DNA of 64,000 nt from the NCBI GenBank assembly GCA_035934535.1, contig DASYXS010000005.1, positions 6,707 through 70,706 on the forward strand, written 5' to 3'. The notes under the pieces were generated by a model that worked only from the letters and a program-made list of their open reading frames with translations, searched no databases and was not told the origin of the DNA. Positions 45,805 through 54,865 of this stretch are shown in pieces (position 1 is the first letter of the stretch; each line of letters opens with the position of its first letter). Origin of the DNA: a bacterium (GTDB lineage: Bacteria > Sysuimicrobiota > Sysuimicrobiia > Sysuimicrobiales > Segetimicrobiaceae). The translations under genes and the position numbers were made by a program.

Positions 45805-47112
45805 ATGCTGAGATCCATGCGCGTCCGGTTGGCCGTTCTGGTGGTCCTCGCGCTTCCCGCCTCGCTCGCGGCGGGCGGCGGGATCGCCGCGAATTCCGCT
45901 CCGTCGGGCTTCCCGACGGGGTCGCTCACGCTCACGATGTTCGGCAGCGATGAAGCGCCGGGGTTCCACATCGAAGAAGGTCTGATCGCCGAGTGGCAGA
46001 AGCTGCATCCGAACGTGACCGTGCAGGCGGCGCAAACGCCGCTCGGCCCGGGGTTCCAGAAGCTGTCGACGCAGCTGCCGACCGGCGGCGGGCCGACCGT
46101 GTTCGCCGTCTTCGAGCCCTGGATCGAAGGGTTCGTGCCGTACATGAGCCCGGCGATCCCGGCGGCATTCGGCAAGGAGAGCATGCGGCAGATCTACGAT
46201 CTCTACCTGCCGAATACGCTCCAGGCCCAGAGCCGCGGCGGGGCGATCTTCTGCCTCCCGAACTCCGCCCCGTCCTGGAGCCTGCTCATCAACCGGCCGA
46301 AGTTCCTGGCCGCCGGGCTCAAGCTCCCGCAGGACGTCCCCCACACGTGGGCTCAGGTCGCGGCCCTGCAGAAGAAGCTGACCAAGTATGAGGCCAACGG
46401 CCAGCTCGCGCAGCGCGGCTTCGGCGTCCGCTACACCGCCGGCCCGCAGTGGTACGCGATGCTGTTCGTGGCGTCGGTCGAGTCGCAGGGCGCCCGCGTG
46501 CTGGACCGGGACGGCAGCCCGCTCTTGACCTCGCCGGCGGCCGCGAAGGCGATGCAGATCTTCCAGGAGACCGCCGTCGCCCCGACGATCACGAAGGACG
46601 TGCAGACGTCGCCTTATCAGGACTTCGCCGACGGGCTCGACGTGATGTCGTACGGCGGGGCGAACGCCGTAAGCTTCGCGATCCGGCTCAATCCGGACCT
46701 GAAGGGGAACGTCTACATCGCCCAGCTGCCGAGCATCTCGGGTCAGCCCGGCGGTTCGCCGAAGTACTCGTTCGACTACTGCGTCAACAAGAACGCGTCC
46801 GCCGCCGAGCAGTTCGCGGCGTGGAGCCTGATCGACTACATCACAGCTCACGGCGTCACCCGCTTCGTCAACACCGGAAGCTTCACACCGCGCAAGATCG
46901 TCTTCGAGGCGCCCGAGGTCAAGGCCACGCCCTTCATCGACGTGTTCATGAACGAGCTGATCCACGCCCAGCCGCTGCCGCAGACCACGCACTGGGGCCA
47001 GCTGCAGGGCGCAATTCAAAACGGCGTGCAGAAGGTCGTGTTCAAGAACGTGGCCGTTCCGCAGGCGCTCCAGGAAATGCAGCAAGAATACCTGCAGGCG
47101 ATCGGCAAGTAA
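45805..47112 (+). CDS. ABC transporter substrate-binding protein (family 1), tandem copy 1
   Basis: Signal peptide MLRSMRVRLAVLVVLALPASLAAGG; 435 aa. Confidence 0.8.
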   Translation: MLRSMRVRLAVLVVLALPASLAAGGGIAANSAPSGFPTGSLTLTMFGSDEAPGFHIEEGLIAEWQKLHPNVTVQAAQTPLGPGFQKLSTQLPTGGGPTVFAVFEPWIEGFVPYMSPAIPAAFGKESMRQIYDLYLPNTLQAQSRGGAIFCLPNSAPSWSLLINRPKFLAAGLKLPQDVPHTWAQVAALQKKLTKYEANGQLAQRGFGVRYTAGPQWYAMLFVASVESQGARVLDRDGSPLLTSPAAAKAMQIFQETAVAPTITKDVQTSPYQDFADGLDVMSYGGANAVSFAIRLNPDLKGNVYIAQLPSISGQPGGSPKYSFDYCVNKNASAAEQFAAWSLIDYITAHGVTRFVNTGSFTPRKIVFEAPEVKATPFIDVFMNELIHAQPLPQTTHWGQLQGAIQNGVQKVVFKNVAVPQALQEMQQEYLQAIGK

Positions 47113-47121
47113 CCCGCGGAG

Positions 47122-48435
47122 GTGGAACAGATGCCTAGATCGTCGCTGGTGCGGTTCGCGGCCCTGCTGGCGCTCGTCCCGGCCGCCCTGCTCGCGGTGG
47201 GCGGCATCGCCGCGAATTCGGCGCCGCCGGCATTTCCGTCCGGCAGCATTACGATCACGATGTTCGGCAGCGACGAAGAGCCGCAGTTCAAGGTCGAAGA
47301 AGACTTGATCGCCGGCTGGCAGAAGCTGCATCCGAACGTCACCGTGCAGGCGCAGCAGGCCCCGCTTGGGCCGGCGTTCCAGAAACTGTCGACGCAGCTG
47401 CCCACCGGCGGCGGGCCGACGATTTTCTCGGTCTTCGAACCGTGGATCGAGGGATTCTCCCCCTACATGGCGTCGGCGAATCCGGCCGCGTTCGGCAAGG
47501 AGAGCATGCGGCAGATCTACGATCTCTACCTGCCGCACTCGCTCGATGCGCAGAGCCGGGGCGGGGCGATCTACTGCCTGCCGAGCGCCGCGCCGTCGTG
47601 GAGCCTGCTCATCAACCGGCCGAAGTTCACCGCGGCCGGCCTCCGGATACCCCAGGATCTCCCGCACACCTGGGCGCAGGTCGCGGCCCTGCAGAAGAAG
47701 CTCACGAAGTATGACGCGAACGGCCAGCTCGTGCAGCGCGGCTTCGGCGTCCGGTATACCGCGGGGCCGCAGTGGTACGCGATGCTGTTCGTCGCGTCGA
47801 TCGAGTCGCAGGGGGCGTCGGTGCTCGACCGAGACGGCAATCCGCTCCTCACCTCACCCGCCGCCGCCAACGCGATGCGGATCTTCCAGGAAACCGCGGT
47901 CGCGCCGACGATCACGAAGGACGTGCAGACGTCGCCGTACCAAGATTTCGCCGACGGCCTCGACGTGATGTCCTACGGCGGCGTGAACGCGATGAGCTTC
48001 GCCATCCGCCTCAACCCCGATCTCAAAGGCAATATCTACGTGGCGCAGCTGCCGAGCCTCTCCGGTCAGGTCGGCGGGTCGCCGAAGTACTCGTTCGACT
48101 ACTGCGTCAACAAGAACGCGTCCGCCGACGAGCAGTTCGCGGCGTGGAGCCTCGTCGACTACTTGACGAATCATGGCAACCTCTTGTTTACGAAGACCGG
48201 CGCCGTGCAGCCGCGCAAGAACTTCTTCGATTCTGCCGAGGTCAAGGCCACGCCCTTCATCAACGTGTTCAGGAACGAGCTCACCCGCGCCCAGGCGCTG
48301 CCGCAGACGAAGCACTGGGGCCAGCTGCAGGGCGCGATCCAGAATGGCGTGCAGAAAGTGGTCTTCAAGCAGGAGGCCATTCCGCAGGCGCTCCAGGAGA
48401 TGCAACAAGAGTACCTGCAGGCGATCGGCAAGTAG
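47122..48435 (+). CDS. ABC transporter substrate-binding protein (family 1), tandem copy 2
   Basis: 437 aa; near-identical to the preceding gene over most of its length (long shared blocks such as ...PLGP.FQKLSTQLPTGGGPT...). Confidence 0.8.
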   Translation: MEQMPRSSLVRFAALLALVPAALLAVGGIAANSAPPAFPSGSITITMFGSDEEPQFKVEEDLIAGWQKLHPNVTVQAQQAPLGPAFQKLSTQLPTGGGPTIFSVFEPWIEGFSPYMASANPAAFGKESMRQIYDLYLPHSLDAQSRGGAIYCLPSAAPSWSLLINRPKFTAAGLRIPQDLPHTWAQVAALQKKLTKYDANGQLVQRGFGVRYTAGPQWYAMLFVASIESQGASVLDRDGNPLLTSPAAANAMRIFQETAVAPTITKDVQTSPYQDFADGLDVMSYGGVNAMSFAIRLNPDLKGNIYVAQLPSLSGQVGGSPKYSFDYCVNKNASADEQFAAWSLVDYLTNHGNLLFTKTGAVQPRKNFFDSAEVKATPFINVFRNELTRAQALPQTKHWGQLQGAIQNGVQKVVFKQEAIPQALQEMQQEYLQAIGK

Positions 48436-48456
48436 GCGGATCGGCCCCCGCCGTTC

Positions 48457-49446
48457 ATGAGCAGCGGAGAAAGCGCGCGCGACGCCGTCGCATCTCGACG
48501 GCTAGTCCCGCGCCGGCGGGGCCCCGCCGTTGACGCGGCGTGGCCGGAGGAGCGCCTTCTGACCAGAGTGCGCCGGCGGTGGTTTGGTCCCACCCAGCCG
48601 TGGTGGGGTTTCGTCTTCACCCTGCCCATCCTCGTCCTGCTTGTGGGCTTCAAGTTCTGGCCGATGGCCTATGCCGCGGGGCTGAGCCTCACCAACGCGA
48701 GCCTCACGGAACGGGCCTGGCGCTTCGTCGGCGTCCACAACTACGCGCGGCTGGCCCGGGACACCACGTTCGTCGGGGCGCTCGCGACGACCGGCCGTTA
48801 TGTCGGCGCGACCATCGCGCTGTCGATGATCATCGGCCTCGGCCTCGCGGTGCTGCTGAACCAGAAGATCCCGGCGCGGGGCCTCTTTCGCACGCTGATC
48901 TTCCTTCCGGCCGTCGTGCCGATCGTCGTCGCGCCGATCCTGTGGCAGTTTCTCTTCAACCCGTACGGCCTGGTCAACGACGCGCTCAAGGCGCTCGGAC
49001 TGCACCCGGTGAACTGGCTGCTCTCGTCCCAGGGCGCGGTGGAAGCCCTCGTGGTGGCGACGGCCTGGCGGCTGACCCCGCTGTGCATGGTCATCTACCT
49101 GGCCGGACTGCAGTCGATCCCGGCGGAGTTGTACGAGGCCGCGAAGGTCGACGGCGCCGGCGCCCCGCGGCGATTCCGGTCGATCACGCTGCCCATGCTC
49201 AAGCCGACGTTTCTGGTCGTGCTCGTGTTCGCGATCACGTTGACGGTCCAAAACTTCGTGCTCGCCCTCGTCATGACGGGCGGAGGTCCCGACAACGCCA
49301 GCACCACGCTGTCGTTATTCGTCTACCAGACTGGCTTCCTGGGCTTCCAAATGGGCTATGCGTCCGCGGCCGCCATTGTGATGCTGCTGATCATTGTCGC
49401 CTTTACGATGCTGAGCCTCCGCGCGCTCAGGACCGAGGAGGGATGA
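48457..49446 (+). CDS. ABC transporter permease (MalF-like)
   Basis: 329 aa; TM core from WWGFVFTLPILVLLVGF; N-terminal ~45 aa may be over-extended (alternative GTG near 48571). Confidence 0.7.
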   Translation: MSSGESARDAVASRRLVPRRRGPAVDAAWPEERLLTRVRRRWFGPTQPWWGFVFTLPILVLLVGFKFWPMAYAAGLSLTNASLTERAWRFVGVHNYARLARDTTFVGALATTGRYVGATIALSMIIGLGLAVLLNQKIPARGLFRTLIFLPAVVPIVVAPILWQFLFNPYGLVNDALKALGLHPVNWLLSSQGAVEALVVATAWRLTPLCMVIYLAGLQSIPAELYEAAKVDGAGAPRRFRSITLPMLKPTFLVVLVFAITLTVQNFVLALVMTGGGPDNASTTLSLFVYQTGFLGFQMGYASAAAIVMLLIIVAFTMLSLRALRTEEG

Positions 49447-49450
49447 GCCG

Positions 49451-50323
49451 ATGAGCCTCGCGACCGCGGCCGTCCGCCATTCGCGGCGGGGGGCCGTCCG
49501 GGTACGGGAGCACGCCGTGACGATCGCGCTGCTGCTGCTGCTCACCGGCGTGACCGTCGTCTTTCTCATGCCGATCTTTTGGATGGTCTCGACGTCGCTG
49601 AAAACCAACCGGCACGTGTTTGACCTGCCGATCCAATGGTTTCCGCACCCGGCGCTGTGGAGCAACTACCCGGCCGCATACACGACCGTCCGCTTCACCC
49701 GCTACTTCGTGAACAGCGCCATCGTCACGGGCAGCGTCACCGTCCTGAACGTGCTGCTCTCGGCGCTCGCGGGGTACGGTCTCGCGAAGTACCGCTTCCT
49801 CGGCCGGCACGTCCTGCTGGTCCTCATCCTCGCCACCCTGATGCTGCCGCTCGAGGTGGTCATGGTGCCGCTCTACCTGACGGTGCAGCGCCTGGGGTGG
49901 CTCAACAGCTACCAGGGCATGATCGTCCCCGTCGCCGCGAACGCCCTCGGCGTGCTGATGATGCGGCAGTACTTCCTGTCGCTGCCCGACGACCTGATCG
50001 CCGCGGCGCGCATCGACGGCGCGGGCCACGTCAGCACCTTCCTCCGTATCGCCGTCCCGCTGGCCTGGCCGGCGCTGCTCACGGTCGCGATCCTGATCTT
50101 CCAGTCGACCTGGGACGACTTCGTCTGGCCGTTTCTCATCATCAGCAACACGTCGAAGGCGACCGTTCCGCTCGCCGTGCAGACGTTTCAGTCCGCCGAG
50201 ACGTCGAACTTCCCCATGCTGATGGCCGTGTCGTCGATCGCCTCGGTGCCGCTCACGCTGCTCTTCTTCGTGTTCCAACGTCAGATCATCGCCGGCGTCG
50301 CGACGACGGGGATGCGCCACTGA
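49451..50323 (+). CDS. ABC transporter permease (MalG-like)
   Basis: 290 aa; EAA region AARIDGAGHVSTFLRIAVPL; paralog of 39241-40074. Confidence 0.8.
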   Translation: MSLATAAVRHSRRGAVRVREHAVTIALLLLLTGVTVVFLMPIFWMVSTSLKTNRHVFDLPIQWFPHPALWSNYPAAYTTVRFTRYFVNSAIVTGSVTVLNVLLSALAGYGLAKYRFLGRHVLLVLILATLMLPLEVVMVPLYLTVQRLGWLNSYQGMIVPVAANALGVLMMRQYFLSLPDDLIAAARIDGAGHVSTFLRIAVPLAWPALLTVAILIFQSTWDDFVWPFLIISNTSKATVPLAVQTFQSAETSNFPMLMAVSSIASVPLTLLFFVFQRQIIAGVATTGMRH

Positions 50324-50336
50324 TGCTCCCGCACCC

Positions 50337-51029
50337 ATGCTGAGGCACACGGCGCTCTTTCTCCACCGGGACACGATCAGCGAGGACCAGAAGCTCGCGA
50401 TGCTGCGGGGTCTTGCCTTTCTGCGGATGGAGTGCGCGGGAGTGCGCGCCGGCGACTACGGCGAGGACCTGTTCGGCGGCTCGCGCCCGCTGCTCGCGGT
50501 GCCGCCGTGGAAGCGCACGCCGCGCTGGCGCGCGCGCCGGGAGGGCCCGCCGTGCAACTACGACGTCGCGCTCCACCTCGACTTCGACGACGAGGCGGCG
50601 CTCGCGCGGTATCGCGACGACGAACACCACCGGGCCGTCGCGCGCCGGAACGCCGCGGTCAACGTCCCGGACCTCACCGCGCGCATCGACTGGCGGTACG
50701 ACGGGAACCCGCTGATCCGCCGCGGCCTCGTCCGCCATACGGCGATGTTCGTCTGGACCGCCGAGGCGGACGCCGCCGCGCGCTCGCGGGCCCTCGCCGC
50801 GGCCCGGACACTGGCCGACGCTCCGGGCGTCGTGTCGGCCGTCAGGGGTCAGATCGCGGGCGGCCCCGCGGCCAACGTCGATTGGATCCTGGACGTGCAG
50901 ACGCAGGACCCGCCGGCGGCGCGCGGCCTGGTGGAGGGCCCGCGGTACGCCGAAGCGATGGGCATTATCGCGCCGGCGACAAAACACGAATGGACCGCGC
51001 GGGTCACGCACGTGATGCGGGGGTATTAG
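50337..51029 (+). CDS. Tandem double Dabb (stress-responsive dimeric alpha+beta barrel) domain protein
   Basis: Two Dabb-like halves (…VALHLDFDDEAALARYRDDEHHRAV… and …VDWILDVQTQDP…YAEAMGI…); 230 aa. Confidence 0.6.
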   Translation: MLRHTALFLHRDTISEDQKLAMLRGLAFLRMECAGVRAGDYGEDLFGGSRPLLAVPPWKRTPRWRARREGPPCNYDVALHLDFDDEAALARYRDDEHHRAVARRNAAVNVPDLTARIDWRYDGNPLIRRGLVRHTAMFVWTAEADAAARSRALAAARTLADAPGVVSAVRGQIAGGPAANVDWILDVQTQDPPAARGLVEGPRYAEAMGIIAPATKHEWTARVTHVMRGY

Positions 51030-51033
51030 GCCG

Positions 51034-51714
51034 ATGACGATCTCACCCCACTTGCGTGGGACTAGCCTGCGGGATGCGCAGGCGTCGCCGGTCCTGCGGC
51101 GCGTCGTCCTCTGGCGCTGGAACGAGCGCGCGACGCCGGAGCAGCGGCTCCGGGCAAAGGAGGGCCTCGCCTACGTCAGTTACGCGAGTCCCGTGCATGG
51201 CATCGACTTCGGCGAAGATATCGGCTTGACAGACGGCAACTACGATCTCGTGCTTCTCCGGGATCACGGGAACAGAGCGTCCTGGGACGAGTACACTGTC
51301 GACCCGCACCACTACCGCGTCGGCGGCTTCATCGACACGATCACGCACGAAGAGGTCACGGCCAGGGCCGACTACCTTTACAAGGGCCAGGCGTCGGTCC
51401 GGGGCCGGGTGCGCCATCTCGGGCTCTACGTCTGGCGCGAGGGAATCGACGAACCGAGGAAGCGGGACGCGCGGCGCGCGCTCGCCGCCTTGCGCGCCGA
51501 ATGCGACGCCATTTATGCGCTGGAGGTCGCCGACGATTTGGGGTGGGCGAAGATGGGCCGGGCCGATCTCGTGCTCGAGGCGCACTTCGCGGACGAAAGC
51601 GGCGCCGCGGCGTTTCTGGCGCACCCCGCGTACCGCGAGGCCGCGGAACTGCTGGCCGGGTTTACACGCGTCGACCGAACCGCCCTAATCCAGCACCGGA
51701 TGAAGACCGGGTGA
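51034..51714 (+). CDS. Tandem double Dabb domain protein (divergent paralog)
   Basis: 226 aa; same two-half architecture (…YDLVLLRDHGNRASWDEYTVDPHHY… / …ADLVLEAHFADESGAAAFLAHPAYREA…). Confidence 0.55.
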   Translation: MTISPHLRGTSLRDAQASPVLRRVVLWRWNERATPEQRLRAKEGLAYVSYASPVHGIDFGEDIGLTDGNYDLVLLRDHGNRASWDEYTVDPHHYRVGGFIDTITHEEVTARADYLYKGQASVRGRVRHLGLYVWREGIDEPRKRDARRALAALRAECDAIYALEVADDLGWAKMGRADLVLEAHFADESGAAAFLAHPAYREAAELLAGFTRVDRTALIQHRMKTG

Positions 51715-51719
51715 GCCGG

Positions 51720-52412
51720 CTACGGCCCCCGCATGATGTGCGAGAGGCGTGCCGTCCACTCGTACTTCGTCGCGGCGGCGACCGCGTCCATCGCCTGGGC
51801 GTAGTGCGGGCCCGCCAGCAGCCGCTCCGCCGCGGCGCGATCCGGCACCTGCACGTCCATGATCCAGTCGTAGTCGCTGACCAGCTGGCCGGCGTTGTGG
51901 CCCAGCGCGACCGCCTCCACGCCCGGCGCGCCGCCGAGGGCGCGGACGGCCTCGAGCGCCCGCTGCTTCCCCTGCTCCGGCACGCCGTCGGCCCAGACGA
52001 ACATCGCCACGTGCGTGACGTGTCCGCGCCGGGTCGGCGTCTCGCCGTCGAAGTACCAATCCACCCGCGCCGTGAGTTCGTCCCAGGACACCGCCCCGTT
52101 GAAGACCGAGCCGGCCTTGTGGGCGGGGTGGGGGCTGTACTGCCGGTACGCGTCCCAGTCGTCGAAGTCGAGGTGGAGCGCCACGTCGTAGTCGGCCGGG
52201 GGACCGTCGGTGCCGCGCCGCCAGACGGGCGCCGCCTCGAACGGCGGCGGGTCATCGAACCGCCGGGAGCCCCCGAAGAGATCGTCGCCGTAGTCGCCCG
52301 ACCGCACCATCGGGCACTCCATGCGGAGGTAGGCCAGGCCTTCCAGCATCTCCATCTGCAACGCCGGTGTGGTGGTATCGCGCAGCCGCCAGATCACGGA
52401 GTGACGCAGCAT
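51720..52412 (-). CDS. Tandem double Dabb domain protein (close paralog of 50337-51029, opposite strand)
   Basis: 230 aa from MLRHSVIWRL... (ATG 52412 confirmed, CAT 52410-52412); long conserved blocks with 50337-51029 (MLRH..., LAYLRMEC..GDYGDDLFGGS, YDVALHLDFDD). Confidence 0.65.
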   Translation of the reverse strand: MLRHSVIWRLRDTTTPALQMEMLEGLAYLRMECPMVRSGDYGDDLFGGSRRFDDPPPFEAAPVWRRGTDGPPADYDVALHLDFDDWDAYRQYSPHPAHKAGSVFNGAVSWDELTARVDWYFDGETPTRRGHVTHVAMFVWADGVPEQGKQRALEAVRALGGAPGVEAVALGHNAGQLVSDYDWIMDVQVPDRAAAERLLAGPHYAQAMDAVAAATKYEWTARLSHIMRGP

Positions 52413-52545
52413 GACCGTGTTATTTCTCGCCGACGGGCGGCGCGGCCTGCGTGCATGCTGAGTTGCCCGGCGTGAAGTCGGCGGGCGGGTAGGGGACCGG
52501 TAGTTATCGAAGGGAAAGTTCGCACGATACGGGGAGGGGAGCCAC

Positions 52546-53541
52546 GTGTCACTCGGATGGGGCATCATCGGAACCGGCGGCTTCGCCGGCAGCGCCACCG
52601 CACCGGCGATCAAGGCGCTGGGCGCACAGGGCTCGCTGGTCGCCGCGGTCAGCCGCGACCGCGGCCGCGCCGACGCGTTCGCGGCGCAGCACGGGGCCCG
52701 GCGGGCGTATACGGACTACGCGGACCTGCTGCGTGACCGCGACGTCGACATCGTCTACATCTCCACCCCGAACGCGCAGCACGCGGAGCAGGCCCTCGCG
52801 GCCGCGCGCGCCGGCAAGCACGTCCTCTGCGAGAAGCCGCTCGCGCTGTCGGCCGGCGACGCGCGGCGCATGGTCGACGCGTTCGAGGCGGCGGGTCTGA
52901 AGCTCGGGACGCACTTCCAGACCCGCCATCACACCGCGTTCGTCGAGACGAAGCGCCTGCTGGATCAGCGCGCGATCGGGGATGTGATCCTCGTGCAGAT
53001 CGAGGTCAGCTCCGGCGCGAATCCCTTCCGCTCGTGGCGCGCCGACCCGCAGCTCGCCGGATTGGGCTCGATCAACAACATCGCGGTGCACCCCTTCGAC
53101 CTGCTGCGCTACCTGCTCGGCTCGGAGGTCCGCGAGGTGACGGCCGTGACCGACGTGGGCCCTTCGACGGAGCTTGAACACATGGTCCTCGCGCTGCTGC
53201 GGTTTCAGAACGGCACCCTGGCCTACGTCAACGCGAACCAGAAGGTCCCGAATTTTCAGCCCGACATCGACATCTACGGCACCGCGGGACGCATCGTCGG
53301 CATCGACTGCACCCGGCCGTTCCGCCTCGGAGAGCTGCGCGTCCTGACCGCGTCCGGCGAGCAGGTCGCCAAATATTCCAGCAATGACGCGGTCGTGCGG
53401 TCGATCGCGGCCTTCAACGACGCGGTCGCGCACAATCGCGAGCCGAACGCGTCCGGGCTGGACGGCCTGCGCAGCGTGCAGCTGACCGACGCCGTGATCC
53501 GATCGGCGCGCGAGGGACGCCTGGTCGAGGTCGCGTATTGA
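52546..53541 (+). CDS. Gfo/Idh/MocA family NAD(P)-dependent oxidoreductase
   Basis: GTG start after GGGGAGGGGAGCCAC; N-terminal GIIGTGGFAG Rossmann motif, EKP motif (VLCEKPLAL). Confidence 0.85.
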   Translation: MSLGWGIIGTGGFAGSATAPAIKALGAQGSLVAAVSRDRGRADAFAAQHGARRAYTDYADLLRDRDVDIVYISTPNAQHAEQALAAARAGKHVLCEKPLALSAGDARRMVDAFEAAGLKLGTHFQTRHHTAFVETKRLLDQRAIGDVILVQIEVSSGANPFRSWRADPQLAGLGSINNIAVHPFDLLRYLLGSEVREVTAVTDVGPSTELEHMVLALLRFQNGTLAYVNANQKVPNFQPDIDIYGTAGRIVGIDCTRPFRLGELRVLTASGEQVAKYSSNDAVVRSIAAFNDAVAHNREPNASGLDGLRSVQLTDAVIRSAREGRLVEVAY

Positions 53542-53588
53542 CCTGGTCGCGCGGCGCGGGGGCCGCGGACTACGAGGCGCGCGTCGAT

Positions 53589-54755
53589 ATGGCGCGCCTC
53601 CGCGCCGGGCGGATCGAGCGCGCGCGGCAGGCGATCGCCGCGGCGGACCTCGACGCCGTGCTCGTCTGGAAGGAAGAGAACGTCCGCTACCTCACGAGCC
53701 TGCGGCCGCAGATCATCGCCGGCAAGAACGGCGTGCTGAACGGCGCGCTCTGCACCCGCGACGGGACGACCGCGCTCCTCGTTTCCGGCGGAGACCGCGA
53801 TCGCGCCGAGGCCACGATGCCGTGGGTGGGCGACTGGGAGACGATTCCGATCCTCGAAGAGCCCGGTCTCATCCGCCACGCCGCCTCGGAGATCATCCCG
53901 GGCCTGCTGCGCCGCCGAGGGCTCCGCGGCGCGCGCGTCGGCATCGACCTGGCGAGCAAGCTGCTGATGGACGCGTTGGCGGAGACGTGCCCCGACATCC
54001 GCTGGATAGACGGCGACGCGGCGATGCAGGCGGCCCGGCGCATCAAGACGGCGGAGGAGCTGGCGGTGATCGAGGAGGCGACGGCGATCGCCGAGGCCGT
54101 TACGGCGACCGCGGCCGCCGCCGTCCGCGAAGGGGTGCGGGAGTGCGAGGTCGCCGGCGAGGCGCTGCGCACGCTCCACCGGCTCGGCGGCGAATACCCG
54201 CACGTGACGACGCCGTTCGTGGCGAGCGGCGAGCGGATGTCGCCGCCGACGCGGCTCGCGACCGACAAGCTGATCCGCGAGGGCGACCTCGTCTTCATCG
54301 ACATCGGCGCGATGTGGAACGGCTATTTCGGCGACATCGGCCGGACGGTGGTCTGCGGGGAGCCGTCGCCCGACCAGCGGCGGATCTACCGCGCGGTATG
54401 GGACGGCCTGCAGGCGGGTATTGCGGCGATGCGTCCCGGCGCGACGAACGCCGAGGTGACCATGGTGATCCGCGACCGCGCGGCGTCGCACGGCCTCGGC
54501 GGGCGCTTCCTCAGCCTGTTCATCGGCCACGGGATCGGGTGCGGCTCGAACGAGCCGCCCTACATCGGCGAAGCGTTTCCCGGCGCCGAGACCGTCACCC
54601 TCGAGGCCGGGATGGTGTTCGCCGTCGAGCCGCTGATCTGGCTTCCGGACGTGCCGGGAGGCGGAGGCGTCCGGCTGGAAGACATGGTGGCCGTGACGCC
54701 GGCCGGGGCGCGCCGGATCTCGCGAAGTCCGTACTGCGCCGCGCTGCTCGCCTAG
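53589..54755 (+). CDS. M24 family metallohydrolase with creatinase/prolidase N-terminal domain
   Basis: Pita-bread fold metal ligands (DIGAMWNGYFGDIGRT, GHGIGCGSNEPP, LEAGMVFAVEP); ATG 53589 chosen, ORF extends in-frame to TTG 53538 overlapping the upstream stop. Confidence 0.75.
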   Translation: MARLRAGRIERARQAIAAADLDAVLVWKEENVRYLTSLRPQIIAGKNGVLNGALCTRDGTTALLVSGGDRDRAEATMPWVGDWETIPILEEPGLIRHAASEIIPGLLRRRGLRGARVGIDLASKLLMDALAETCPDIRWIDGDAAMQAARRIKTAEELAVIEEATAIAEAVTATAAAAVREGVRECEVAGEALRTLHRLGGEYPHVTTPFVASGERMSPPTRLATDKLIREGDLVFIDIGAMWNGYFGDIGRTVVCGEPSPDQRRIYRAVWDGLQAGIAAMRPGATNAEVTMVIRDRAASHGLGGRFLSLFIGHGIGCGSNEPPYIGEAFPGAETVTLEAGMVFAVEPLIWLPDVPGGGGVRLEDMVAVTPAGARRISRSPYCAALLA

Positions 54756-54865
54756 CGGCCGCGGAGTTCCCGCCCGGCACGGACGGCCTCGGTGCACAGA
54801 GTCGCAGACGCCATGCAGCAGATGCGCCGGGGTGACCGGCGCGAACGCGAAGGGGGGCCATATCG

